A stretch of DNA of 32,000 nt from a bacterium. Lineage in GTDB: Bacteria; Bacillota; Clostridia; Oscillospirales; Oscillospiraceae. Where the stretch lies: positions 216,728 through 248,727 of the forward strand of contig CAVBPR010000002.1 in the NCBI GenBank assembly GCA_963597355.1. The letters are read 5' to 3'. The notes beneath the pieces are model-generated. The model did no database searches and had not been told where the DNA came from. It saw only the letters and a program-made list of their open reading frames with translations. Of the stretch, positions 16,625-26,472 are shown in pieces. The first letter of the stretch is position 1, and the number at the start of each line of letters is the position of its first letter. The translations under genes were made by a program, and so were the position numbers.

Positions 16625-17436
16625 ATGGATCTTTGCGACATCCATCAAGTAAAATCATTGCTGGCAAGGCATGGGTTTCATTTTTCGAAATCACTTGGTC
16701 AAAATTTTTTGATTGAGAACTGGGTTCCTCAGGAAATAGCGACAGCCTCTCGTGCTGACAAAGAAAGCGCTGTACTTGAAATCGGGCCTGGAATTGGTCC
16801 TCTGACCCGTCAATTGGCAAGCAGGGCTGGAAAAGTAATTTGCCTTGAAGTTGATCGACACCTGGAACCAATTTTAAATGAAACCCTGGCGGACTGCAAA
16901 AACACGGAAGTAATCTTTGAAGATATTACAAAGCAGAACTGCACAGAGCTTGTAGCCAGGTATATGGATGGATATACTCCCATTGTGTGCGCAAACCTCC
17001 CATACAATATTACAACGCCGGTAATTACCCAGTTGTTGGAAAGTAAAGCATTCCGTTCCATCACGGTTATGATTCAAAAAGAAGTTGCAAAACGAATTTG
17101 CGCTTCCCCCGGTACGGCGGATTTTGGTGCGTTCACACTGCTTTGCCAATATTATGCAAGATGTGAATATTGCTTTGAAGTGCCGAAAGAGTGCTTTTTG
17201 CCAGCACCTAAAGTAACTTCAGCGGTGGTTCGAATGGAGCTATTAGATCAACCTGCGGTACAGGTAAAAAGCGAAGAGATTTTATTTCGGGTAATTCGCG
17301 CTGCCTTTGCTCAGCGGAGAAAGACATTAAGCAACGCACTTTCTTCCGGCTTTTCTGAGCTGACGAAAGAGGAAATTGCGGACTGCATTTCGGAGAATTT
17401 GCTTGTCTGGCAGACGCACTTTGCGAAATGTTGTAA
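16625..17436 (+). CDS. rsmA: 16S rRNA (adenine1518/1519-N6)-dimethyltransferase RsmA/KsgA; 3' end anomalous
   Basis: [17 protein letters not shown] (SAM site), [10 protein letters not shown] and FAQRRKTL motifs. GGGGTGA RBS. The annotated frame has no stop before pckA. The end given here is the TAA at 17434-17436 in the -1 frame, which yields a canonical-looking tail [14 protein letters not shown]. Confidence 0.75.
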
Positions 17437-17449
17437 TTGCCATTTTTTC

Positions 17450-17478
17450 TTGCAATTTCGGTTAAAATACGCTAATAT
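17450..17478 (+). promoter_or_regulatory. Sigma-A promoter for pckA (TTGCAA-17-TAATAT)
   Basis: Hexamers at 17450-17455 and 17473-17478. A GGACAC-TCG-GTGTCC hairpin follows at about 17497-17511, then an AAAGGAG RBS. Confidence 0.55.
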
Positions 17479-17527
17479 AAAAGGCGAGTTTGAGAGGACA
17501 CTCGGTGTCCTGAAAGGAGTTTTAACA

Positions 17528-19132
17528 ATGGCAAATTTGGATCTCAACAAGTATGGCATTAGCGGCACAACAGAGGTTGTGTACAATCCTTCTTACGAGA
17601 TGCTGTTTGACGAGGAAACCAAGCCGGAGCTGGAAGGTTTTGAAGTTGGACAGGTCAGTGAGCTTGGTGCAGTTAATGTTATGACCGGTGTTTATACCGG
17701 CCGTTCCCCCAACGACAAATTCATCGTCATGGATGACGCGTCGAAAGACACGGTCTGGTGGACTTCCGATGAATACAAAAACGATAACCACCCTGCCTCA
17801 CAGGAGGCTTGGAACGCTGTGAAGGACATCGCTCTGAAGGAGCTGTCCAATAAACGTCTGTTCGTTGTGGACGCTTTCTGCGGTGCTAACAAAGATACGC
17901 GTATGGCAATTCGCTTCATCATGGAAGTTGCCTGGCAGGCACATTTTGTCACAAACATGTTCATCAAGCCTACAGCCGAAGAACTGGAGCACTTTGAGCC
18001 GGACTTCATTGTTTACAACGCATCCAAGGCCAAGGTTGAAAATTATAAAGAGCTCGGCTTGAACAGCGAGACGGCGGTTGTATTTAACATCACCAGCCGT
18101 GAGCAGGTGATTATCAACACATGGTATGGCGGCGAAATGAAGAAAGGTATGTTCTCCATGATGAACTATTACCTTCCCTTGAAGGGCATCGCCTCTATGC
18201 ACTGCTCTGCAAATACCGACATGAATGGTCAGAATACTGCGATCTTCTTCGGCCTGTCCGGAACCGGAAAGACAACTCTGTCTACGGATCCGAAGCGTCT
18301 CCTGATTGGCGACGATGAACATGGCTGGGACGACAACGGCGTGTTCAACTTTGAGGGCGGCTGCTATGCCAAGGTAATCAACCTGGATAAAGATTCTGAG
18401 CCTGATATTTATAACGCAATTAAGCGCAATGCTCTGTTGGAAAATGTGACATTAGATGCAGAAGGTCATATCGATTTCGCAGACAAGAGTGTAACGGAAA
18501 ACACTCGTGTTTCCTATCCGATTGATCACATTGACAACATTGTTCGCCCGATTTCTTCTGCACCTGCAGCGAAGAATGTGATCTTCCTGTCCGCAGATGC
18601 CTTTGGCGTTCTGCCTCCTGTCAGCATTCTGACGCCGGAGCAAACCCAGTACTACTTCCTGTCTGGCTTCACCGCAAAACTGGCAGGTACAGAGCGGGGC
18701 ATTACAGAGCCTACTCCCACTTTCTCTGCTTGCTTTGGTCAGGCTTTCCTGGAACTGCATCCTACAAAATATGCAGAGGAATTGGTTAAAAAGATGCAGC
18801 TGAGCGGTGCAAAAGCTTATCTGGTCAACACTGGTTGGAATGGCACCGGAAAGCGCATCTCAATCAAGGACACTCGCGGCATTATCGACGCAATTCTGAG
18901 CGGGGCCATCAATGAGGCACCCACGAAAAAGATCCCTTATTTTGATTTTGAAGTGCCGACAGAACTTCCCGGTGTTGATCCTGCTATTCTGGATCCCCGT
19001 GATACCTACGCCAATGCCGAAGACTGGGCAAAGAAGGCGGAAGACCTTGCCAGCCGCTTCATTAAAAACTTTGCTAAGTATGAAGGCAATGAACATGGTA
19101 AGGCTCTGGTTTCTGCTGGTCCTCAGCTGTGA
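17528..19132 (+). CDS. pckA: Phosphoenolpyruvate carboxykinase (ATP)
   Basis: 534 aa starting [10 protein letters not shown], with an AAAGGAG RBS 8 nt upstream. Kinase-1a loop GLSGTGKTT, plus GDDEHGW and [13 protein letters not shown]. Confidence 0.93.
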   Translation: MANLDLNKYGISGTTEVVYNPSYEMLFDEETKPELEGFEVGQVSELGAVNVMTGVYTGRSPNDKFIVMDDASKDTVWWTSDEYKNDNHPASQEAWNAVKDIALKELSNKRLFVVDAFCGANKDTRMAIRFIMEVAWQAHFVTNMFIKPTAEELEHFEPDFIVYNASKAKVENYKELGLNSETAVVFNITSREQVIINTWYGGEMKKGMFSMMNYYLPLKGIASMHCSANTDMNGQNTAIFFGLSGTGKTTLSTDPKRLLIGDDEHGWDDNGVFNFEGGCYAKVINLDKDSEPDIYNAIKRNALLENVTLDAEGHIDFADKSVTENTRVSYPIDHIDNIVRPISSAPAAKNVIFLSADAFGVLPPVSILTPEQTQYYFLSGFTAKLAGTERGITEPTPTFSACFGQAFLELHPTKYAEELVKKMQLSGAKAYLVNTGWNGTGKRISIKDTRGIIDAILSGAINEAPTKKIPYFDFEVPTELPGVDPAILDPRDTYANAEDWAKKAEDLASRFIKNFAKYEGNEHGKALVSAGPQL

Positions 19133-19161
19133 TCTTCATCTTTCGCATTAACTGAATCCGT

Positions 19162-19204
19162 AAAAAAGCATCCATGCGGTTTTGCCGCATGGATGCTTTT
19201 GCAT
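19162..19204. terminator. Bidirectional intrinsic terminator between pckA and the K+ channel gene
   Basis: AAAAGCATCCATGCGG-TTTTG-CCGCATGGATGCTTTT. Confidence 0.8.
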
Positions 19205-19216
19205 TGTTTTATGCCG

Positions 19217-20191
19217 TTATTTGTTCTCTCCGCGCACTACAATAATGTCGTTCAACTGTAGCAAGGTATCCTTTTGGGGTAAAATAGAGAGATCATCGCG
19301 AAGAATCAAGAAAATTTTAACGTCTTCTTGCGCTTCGATTTCCTCTACTGTTTTTCCGGTATGGAGGGCATCAACAAAAATTTCTGCAATCTCGTGAATA
19401 TCCATTTCTCGAATTGCTGTGATGCTGCTTTTTCGCTGATATTGTTCTACAAATCCTGCACTGATAATACCGGTTGGAATAGCAACAGCGCCAACTCCAA
19501 GATATGCAATGCAAATTGCCATGACCCGTCCCAGCGTAGTGACTGGATAGATATCTCCATACCCTACTGTCAACAGGGTTGACATACTCCACCAGATGCC
19601 ACTGAAAGCATTTTGAAAGACCATTGGCTGTGCATTGTGCTCTACACTATACATACAAAGACTGCTGGCGAGCATAAGGATCATCACAATAAATATGGAA
19701 GAAATGATTTGATTCCTTTTTTCATATAGCACAGTTGTGATTACATTGAAGGAATCATATTTTGCGTTCAGACGGAACAAGTGGAATATCCGCGCCACAC
19801 GCAACATGCGGAAAATAACCATTCCGGATAGGAAGAAAAACGGAAGAATTGTCAGCAAGTCAACTATGCCATTGAAGGACACCAGAAAACGCAGCCTTGC
19901 CGCAGCGGGGGATCGATCCGGATAAAGCAAATCAGCGGTCCAGATGCGCAAGAAGTATTCCGCACAAAAAATCAGAAGGGAAATAACTTCTATAATCCGA
20001 AAAAGAGGAAAAAATACTGCCAACTGGTCAAATGTTTGCAAGAATGTAACCGCAATGTTTGAAACGATTACAACAACAATAAAGATGTCAAATATCCGGC
20101 TGATCAGGTTACTTTTATCGCCAATCTGAATAATCTGAAAAATCCTGTGCCGTAGATTGTTTTCTGTCGTATTGTGTTTTATTGATTTCAT
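19217..20191 (-). CDS. Voltage-gated-type (6TM) potassium channel with a C-terminal RCK_C/TrkA_C domain
   Basis: Selectivity filter TVGYGD, S4-like segment with repeated arginines (FRMLRVARIFHLFRL), and a C-terminal tail resembling TrkA_C. Confidence 0.85.
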   Translation of the reverse strand: MKSIKHNTTENNLRHRIFQIIQIGDKSNLISRIFDIFIVVVIVSNIAVTFLQTFDQLAVFFPLFRIIEVISLLIFCAEYFLRIWTADLLYPDRSPAAARLRFLVSFNGIVDLLTILPFFFLSGMVIFRMLRVARIFHLFRLNAKYDSFNVITTVLYEKRNQIISSIFIVMILMLASSLCMYSVEHNAQPMVFQNAFSGIWWSMSTLLTVGYGDIYPVTTLGRVMAICIAYLGVGAVAIPTGIISAGFVEQYQRKSSITAIREMDIHEIAEIFVDALHTGKTVEEIEAQEDVKIFLILRDDLSILPQKDTLLQLNDIIVVRGENK

Positions 20192-20244
20192 TTTCTTATT
20201 CTCATCATTCTTTGTCTGTAATCATGATAACCCAGGATTAAAAA

Positions 20245-20868
20245 TTAAAGTACTCGTCCCGTCAGGCTTAAAAAGAGGAGAGTTAATACCGTTATCACAA
20301 CAGGGATCAGAATTGCAATTATGCGATTCTTTTTTGTTTCCTGAATGGATAATGTCATCACAGCAATAGATAGGAAGCAAATCACTGCACTTAGCAAGTG
20401 ATGAGGAAAGCTACCAATTGCTTCTGAGACATAATGAATTCCCATAAGCGCCTGAATTGAATTTCCAAGTCCTAAGATTGTCGCGCCCAGAGCATTCTGC
20501 TTTTTGCAATGATATGCAATAAATCCACCGGGCAGTGTCATAAGAATTGGAAGCATCCAACTGCGAAGATACATGATACCCAGATCATAGGAAAGGGTTC
20601 CAAATACACCCTCAATCAAAAAGACAAGCGGTTGACTGATTGCAAAAAATACAAAGCACTTCAGCATGGCTTCCCAGGATTTTTTGCAGTTCACAACAAT
20701 AATAACGGCAAAAATGACCCACCACTCAAAAAGAACTCCAATGTCTTGAAAAGATGTGTTCTTCAGCACCGGTACAAGCATAACAAAGCCGGTATAGACA
20801 CCTGCAGCAAGAGCAAATAGGATCACATGGATCCAACTCATTTTTAAATTGCCAAATAATTTTTTCAT
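20245..20868 (-). CDS. Hypothetical polytopic membrane protein (about 6 TM)
   Basis: 207 aa, GAGGAG RBS, hydrophobic throughout. I recognise no family. Confidence 0.6.
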   Translation of the reverse strand: MKKLFGNLKMSWIHVILFALAAGVYTGFVMLVPVLKNTSFQDIGVLFEWWVIFAVIIVVNCKKSWEAMLKCFVFFAISQPLVFLIEGVFGTLSYDLGIMYLRSWMLPILMTLPGGFIAYHCKKQNALGATILGLGNSIQALMGIHYVSEAIGSFPHHLLSAVICFLSIAVMTLSIQETKKNRIIAILIPVVITVLTLLFLSLTGRVL

Positions 20869-21036
20869 AAAACTCTCCTCATAATTTTGTGTTGTGCAAG
20901 AGAAATCCTTTCATGAACAACAGTTATTTTCTTCCGAATTATATCATAGAATAACCTGATTACAAGTTAAAACCACTATAAAAAATAGTCAAATGTGGAA
21001 TTGGAAGAAAAGCGGATTGAAACGAAACATTGACGC

Positions 21037-21076
21037 ACAAAAGAAAGTCTGAAATTATTGTAATTTCAGACTTTCT
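21037..21076 (-). terminator. Intrinsic terminator after the ABC efflux operon
   Basis: Perfect 15-bp stem AGAAAGTCTGAAATT-ATTGT-AATTTCAGACTTTCT with a T-run on the minus strand. Confidence 0.8.
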
Positions 21077-21160
21077 TAGCTTTTGCGCTGTAATATGCAA
21101 ATACAGGCTTACAACAGCAACAATATTGATTGCATGTTTGCTTTGCTAGAGCGATGAAGT

Positions 21161-22420
21161 TTACTCATATCGCAAAGCGTCAATCGGATTCAGGTTAGCG
21201 GCCTTTACAGAGGGAACAAGACCAAAGATAATGCCAACGCAAACCGAGAAAATTACAGCAACCAGGATGGCGGGCGTGCTGATTGCCACAGGAACGGAGG
21301 CAATCATTGATATCACTCGCGCCAGAATAATACCGGCAATAATTCCGATGAGACCGCCGATCACGCTCAGCATAGCGGCTTCCGTTAAAAACTGACCAAG
21401 AATGGTGCGCCGCGGAGCACCCAGTGCTTTCTTCAGGCCGATTTCACGAGTACGCTCCGTTACGGAAACCAGCATGATATTCATGACGCCGATACCGCCG
21501 ACTAAAAGAGAAATAGAAGCGATTCCAATCAGCATGGTGTTGGTGGAAGCAGACAATTGCTGAATTTGACTTGCTTCGTCCGCCAGGTCCTTGCTCTTAT
21601 AGGTTATGGTATTTGATTCAGAGGACAGGGAAGAGGGGAGATAACCGTTTAAAATCTCGGCAGTTTGCTTTCCGGCACTGGTCATGTCGTCAGTGCTGGA
21701 GGCTTGAACAATAACCGCCTGCGGTTCATCATAAATAAAGACAACAGGCCACATTTGGTCCGGAATGTACACCGTACCGTTGGATGATTGGTTGTAGGTG
21801 TAATAATCTTCCGTTGAGTTGATGACGGGCTCGAACTGACTTTTTTCATCTACGACACCGATGACAGTGAAGGGAGTGCCCATAATGTCGATGATTTTTC
21901 CAATCGGGCTTTCGCCATTGAAGCTGTTTGCTGTGGTTTCATCGACGAGGCAAACAGCCTTACTCTGTGTTAAGTCATTTGCAGAAAATCCCCGGCCACG
22001 AACCACTTGCAATCCGGCGGCAGGCAAATAAGTGTCATCAATTCCATAGACAGCAGAGCTTAAACTGGTGTTTAGATAATATAAACTTTCACAGCTTGAG
22101 CGCATATGTAGAAAACTGACTTGTTCAATACAATCCAGGGCAAGAATTTTTTCTTTGACTGATTTATCAAAAGTGGGAAATCCTTCCGGTGGAGTATTGT
22201 AGCTGTAGTCTGCCTGGTAATTGCCTTCATATAATTGGACGGTTACGGAGTTTGTTCCGGAGCCAATCAGGTTGTTTTTTATCTGTTCGTTGGTGCCCTT
22301 AATGGTAGATACGATTGCAATAATAGCAGCAATGCCGATAATAATGCCAAGCATTGTGAGGAACGAACGCATCTTATGCGACCAAATGCCTTTTAGAGAA
22401 AGACGTACATTTTCAAACAT
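21161..22420 (-). CDS. ABC transporter permease, MacB/FtsX-like (N-terminal extracytoplasmic domain plus C-terminal FtsX 4-TM bundle)
   Basis: 419 aa. LKGIWSHKMRSFLTMLGIIIGIAAI start, and a C-terminal ERTREIGLKKALGA motif typical of the MacB/FtsX family. Confidence 0.88.
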   Translation of the reverse strand: MFENVRLSLKGIWSHKMRSFLTMLGIIIGIAAIIAIVSTIKGTNEQIKNNLIGSGTNSVTVQLYEGNYQADYSYNTPPEGFPTFDKSVKEKILALDCIEQVSFLHMRSSCESLYYLNTSLSSAVYGIDDTYLPAAGLQVVRGRGFSANDLTQSKAVCLVDETTANSFNGESPIGKIIDIMGTPFTVIGVVDEKSQFEPVINSTEDYYTYNQSSNGTVYIPDQMWPVVFIYDEPQAVIVQASSTDDMTSAGKQTAEILNGYLPSSLSSESNTITYKSKDLADEASQIQQLSASTNTMLIGIASISLLVGGIGVMNIMLVSVTERTREIGLKKALGAPRRTILGQFLTEAAMLSVIGGLIGIIAGIILARVISMIASVPVAISTPAILVAVIFSVCVGIIFGLVPSVKAANLNPIDALRYE

Positions 22421-22435
22421 TTTTTCGCCCCCTTA

Positions 22436-24073
22436 TCAGTTTGGATACTCGACGTCAGTTACAGGAGCGCCTGCTTTGACTGTTTTGCCATAGGGGAATG
22501 CAATGCGATCCTCCATGCTTATGCCGCTTTTGATTTCAATCATATAACCCCATACGGTTTTTCCGGTGCGGACATATTGCTTTTTCAGCTTGTTGTTCTC
22601 GTCTGCAATCATGACATAATATCCTTTGTCATCTTTTCGAACATACATAAGCTCCAGATACATAGTGCTGTCAAGGTCGGTATCGGAAATCTTTGTAACC
22701 TCACACCATTCGCCAATGGTCATTTGGGCATCGGGATCATCTACCGTGGCGGTAATCGGATAATAGGAACTGTTTGGATTCCCGCCTCCGCCAAGATAAG
22801 TGGTGTTTGGAGTAGAACCGATTTCAGAAACGGTTACAGTACTGGATGTGCTGGATTCGTATGCATAGAGATTGTAACTGTCACCGACGTTGATGCTGCT
22901 TAAATCCAACTCACTGACAAAGAAAGTTACGGCATAGCTCTCCGCGCCCCTGACAGTGAATATGGTATCTCCAGTAGCCAGCGTAGAGGTGTCTTTAACT
23001 TCGGATACAGTACCGCTGATGCTGGCAGTGACCTCGCCGTTTTCGCCCACCAGTTCATCCTGCTGAAGCGTAAGATTGGCAGATTTGAGATCCAGCTCAT
23101 ATCCGGCGAGCTGCTCCTGCTCCTGTTGAATCATCTTTACTAATTCAGCTTTTGAATAAACATAGTTATCTGAACTGTCGGGGATATAACCATCTTCAGA
23201 AATGATTTCATACCGCTCATATTCCGTTGGAGTACAGGCAACAAACTGTCCATATCCTGTAGTGTTATCCGCCAGAGTCACAGAGATGCCTTCGCCATTG
23301 AAGGTAAGGCTGTCACCAAGTGTCCAATCGTCGGTGATGGCTTCCACTTCCTCGCGCTTGTAGCTGGTTTCAGATGAGTCGTTTGTTGGATCTGGCGTCG
23401 GCTCTGGGTCGATGGGAACATACTGAATTGTAGTTGCGGGGAGTGTACCGCCATCAATGTACCAACTTCCATATAGGGTGTTTTCATCGTACATTTGCAA
23501 TTCAACGCTGGTCTTATCGGCACGGAGCTGCTTCAGGAAATTGGCGGTAACAACCGTCTTGGCATCACACTGAAATACCAGGTTGTCACCAGTGAGCATG
23601 TCTTTATCGATCTTATCCAGAATCTTCAGCTCGCCGTGGTCAATGGTGGTTTCTTTCGGCTTTGGAGCGTTTTCGGATGGCTGAAGTCCTTTGTATTTTG
23701 CAATGTTATTTTTGCATTGCTGAATCTGTGCCTCAAGCACAGCAATGCGTGCTCGATCGGATTGCAAAGTAAGCTGAAAGGAGGTTGTGTCGTATACCAT
23801 CAGCACATCGCCTGCAGTTACCTGGTCGCCTTCCTTCACGTTGATTGAGTTGATCAGGCTCTCTTTCAGGGTAATATTTTGCTGCTTTCCGGTGGAAACA
23901 GTGCCGCTGAGGGAAGTGTCGTCTCCCCAATAGGTTTGATAGATGTTCGACACAGGGTAGACATCTACTGCCTTAGCGTGTTTTGTCTGCCAGAGTAGGA
24001 TGCCGGCAACGATTGCGGCAAGGATTACTACTACAATTACAATTGGCATAACCAGTTTGCGAATTTTACTCAT
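22436..24073 (-). CDS. Membrane-fusion (HlyD/RND-adaptor-like) protein, long form (545 aa)
   Basis: N-terminal TM anchor, lipoyl-like motif (GDQVTAGDVLMVYD) and coiled-coil segments. Start set at MSKIRKLV (GGAGGTG RBS), overlapping the ATPase stop by 8 nt. Confidence 0.8.
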   Translation of the reverse strand: MSKIRKLVMPIVIVVVILAAIVAGILLWQTKHAKAVDVYPVSNIYQTYWGDDTSLSGTVSTGKQQNITLKESLINSINVKEGDQVTAGDVLMVYDTTSFQLTLQSDRARIAVLEAQIQQCKNNIAKYKGLQPSENAPKPKETTIDHGELKILDKIDKDMLTGDNLVFQCDAKTVVTANFLKQLRADKTSVELQMYDENTLYGSWYIDGGTLPATTIQYVPIDPEPTPDPTNDSSETSYKREEVEAITDDWTLGDSLTFNGEGISVTLADNTTGYGQFVACTPTEYERYEIISEDGYIPDSSDNYVYSKAELVKMIQQEQEQLAGYELDLKSANLTLQQDELVGENGEVTASISGTVSEVKDTSTLATGDTIFTVRGAESYAVTFFVSELDLSSINVGDSYNLYAYESSTSSTVTVSEIGSTPNTTYLGGGGNPNSSYYPITATVDDPDAQMTIGEWCEVTKISDTDLDSTMYLELMYVRKDDKGYYVMIADENNKLKKQYVRTGKTVWGYMIEIKSGISMEDRIAFPYGKTVKAGAPVTDVEYPN

Positions 24074-24755
24074 GCTTTGCACCTCCGCTGTGGACGGATA
24101 GCCGCCCGTCACGAATAATCAACTGGCGATGAGCGTGGTCGGCAATTTCCTGCTCATGTGTGATCATCACAATGGTTACGCCTTCTTCGTTTAATTGACG
24201 GAACAGTTCCATGATTTGTTCACCAGATGCGGTATCCAGTGCACCGGTTGGTTCATCAGCCAAAAGTAACCGTGGCTTCATCACCATGGCTCTTGCGATG
24301 GCAACGCGCTGGCGCTGTCCACCGGAGAGTTGGGTTGGTTTAAAGTGCATTCGGTCACCTAAGCCAACGCGTTCAAGAGCCACTTTTGCTTTTTCGATAC
24401 GGTCGTGGCGAGAAATGCCAGCATAGAGCATTGGAAGAGCAACGTTATCCAATGCAGATTCTCTTGGTAGCAGGTTGAAGTTCTGAAAGACAAAACCAAT
24501 TGTGCGGTTGCGCAATTTCGAAAGCTCATAATCATTTTTCCCGCTGATGTTTTCGCCATCCAGAATATAGGTTCCGGAAGTCGGAACATCCAAACAGCCA
24601 ATGATATTCATCAGCGTGGATTTGCCGGATCCGGAGGGCCCCATGATGGCGACATATTCGCCGTCATCCACCTGCAAATTAATATCAAACAGGACCGGAA
24701 CTTCCAATTTCCCGTCGCCATAGCTTTTGTCAATGTGTTGGAGGTCAAGAATCAT
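24066..24755 (-). CDS. ABC transporter ATP-binding protein (MacB/LolD-type)
   Basis: [35 protein letters not shown] and ITHE. AAGGAGG RBS. Confidence 0.93.
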   Translation of the reverse strand: MILDLQHIDKSYGDGKLEVPVLFDINLQVDDGEYVAIMGPSGSGKSTLMNIIGCLDVPTSGTYILDGENISGKNDYELSKLRNRTIGFVFQNFNLLPRESALDNVALPMLYAGISRHDRIEKAKVALERVGLGDRMHFKPTQLSGGQRQRVAIARAMVMKPRLLLADEPTGALDTASGEQIMELFRQLNEEGVTIVMITHEQEIADHAHRQLIIRDGRLSVHSGGAKHE

Positions 24756-24767
24756 AACGAATCCTCC

Positions 24768-26075
24768 TTATCCTACCGCTTCATCAGCAGTCATAGCGTT
24801 GGCAGAATCAATATCATCTGCATATAACACAGAACTTGCGCTGCTGTTATCTCCGGTATAGGAGAAGTCTCCATCCAGACTGTTGCTGTCATCCATAATA
24901 TATTCCGTTGTAGTGGATGCACCTACAACACAGTCCACATCAGGCCAGGCAAGGTAATCAGAGGCTGCAAGACCAGAGGTGATTTGATATTCATCCAGAT
25001 TAGAGTCATATTCGCCCAGCTCGACCGTGCGCTTTTCCAATTTAGCACCCTCGGATTTAGCGGCCCAGACATAGGCGGTTCCATCATCATTTTGTGTGAT
25101 CCAGCCGCTGCTCAGCCAAATGCCGTCCTTCACAGTTGTTTGTCCATAATCCGGTTCAATCGTCACGTGCTGACCCAGCATCAGGCCATCGATGCTGTCA
25201 AGGTTCACGTAGAATGCATAACTGGAAGCGCGTTCTCCTGAGGCGGAGAAGTAGTTGTTATTGTCATCTGAACTGGACTGAGTGTCAATGCTGGAAATAG
25301 TGCCCGTCCAGGTGATGGACTGGTCGACACGGGAACGAACAATCACCGTCATATCCTGATAAAGAGTCTGGATGTTTTGTTCACTGGTTTTTCCTTTCAC
25401 ACGCAGTTCACCATCGGCTAAAATGGTGATGTAGACATTGGATTGATTTCCGGTGGAGTCCGTCAGTGTGCCTGCAAGCAAAGCGTCCAAGTCAGCAATG
25501 GATTCCACCGTGCCATCCATTTTTGCAGTGACAGTGGCGCTTGAAATGGAACTGGTCAGCTTATCAATCTCGGCTTGCTTTGTCTTAATGTCATATTGCG
25601 TCTGAGCAATTTCCGCCTGGAGTTCTTGAATTTGCGCAGAGTAGGACGGCTTGTCAGCGGAAGAAGCAGAAGCCATATCTTTTTGTAGCTGAGCAATCTG
25701 GTCGTTGTCATTTGCAACAGTTGTATTAAGCTTTTCGATGGAAAGTTGTGCCTGTTGAATCTGCAACTCGATGCTTTCCGTGTCGTAGCTGAACAGAGCA
25801 TCGCCCTTTGCAACACGGTCGCCTTCGTTAACGTAAATCTCTTTAAACTTCTTGGAGGTATCGAATTCCACCTTGTCCGTTTTTTGTGTTTCAATTACAC
25901 CGCTGTATCGATTTACAGAGCTGATACCGGCTGCATTTACATCATTTACACTTTGAATGTACACGCTTCCGCTGCTGCTGGATCCACTGCTGCGAAGGAA
26001 CCAAATCAAAGCCGCGGCTGCAGCCAAAATGAGGACGATGACAATGGCCAGAATGGTCTTTTTCTTGCGAGTCAT
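24768..26075 (-). CDS. Membrane-fusion (HlyD/RND-adaptor-like) protein (435 aa)
   Basis: N-terminal TM anchor, lipoyl motif GDRVAKGDALFSYD, long coiled coil, beta-barrel region and an acidic Ser/Asp-rich tail. AAGGGAG RBS. Confidence 0.82.
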   Translation of the reverse strand: MTRKKKTILAIVIVLILAAAAALIWFLRSSGSSSSGSVYIQSVNDVNAAGISSVNRYSGVIETQKTDKVEFDTSKKFKEIYVNEGDRVAKGDALFSYDTESIELQIQQAQLSIEKLNTTVANDNDQIAQLQKDMASASSADKPSYSAQIQELQAEIAQTQYDIKTKQAEIDKLTSSISSATVTAKMDGTVESIADLDALLAGTLTDSTGNQSNVYITILADGELRVKGKTSEQNIQTLYQDMTVIVRSRVDQSITWTGTISSIDTQSSSDDNNNYFSASGERASSYAFYVNLDSIDGLMLGQHVTIEPDYGQTTVKDGIWLSSGWITQNDDGTAYVWAAKSEGAKLEKRTVELGEYDSNLDEYQITSGLAASDYLAWPDVDCVVGASTTTEYIMDDSNSLDGDFSYTGDNSSASSVLYADDIDSANAMTADEAVG

Positions 26076-26472
26076 ATCTTTTCACTCCCTTAAATTGTGC
26101 GTTTTATGCTTACTGAGCTATCATACCATATTGTTCCACCGGTTTACAATTAAGAAAAATTAAAGTATTGTTGTCGTCTGAATTTTAGGAAAGATGCACA
26201 TAAACAACTTTGTCTGAATTTGACAGAGAAAAAATGTTGAAAATCAGCATAAAGAAGAAAACGAGAGAAATAAAGCGATTTATGTCATGCGGAAACGATG
26301 CAAAGGTAATTTTTGCTGAATTTCGTCAATTTTATGAAATTCGGCGTAAATCTGGCTTGATAATTGTCGTAAATGTATGATAACATTAAAATAGTTAGTA
26401 AGCATCCTCAGGAGCAGATATATGATTCTTATGGGATGCATTTTTTGAACTATGGAAAGGATGGTAATTCCG

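Noticed and set aside
16625-19132. 835-aa ORF as a genuine bifunctional RsmA-PckA fusion protein
   Set aside because: A good promoter, a 5' hairpin and an AAAGGAG RBS for pckA lie inside the linker. The linker translation is Cys/Phe-rich nonsense, and a -1 frame gives a normal RsmA tail with a stop. I therefore treat it as two genes with an rsmA 3' frameshift or deletion, reported as a finding.
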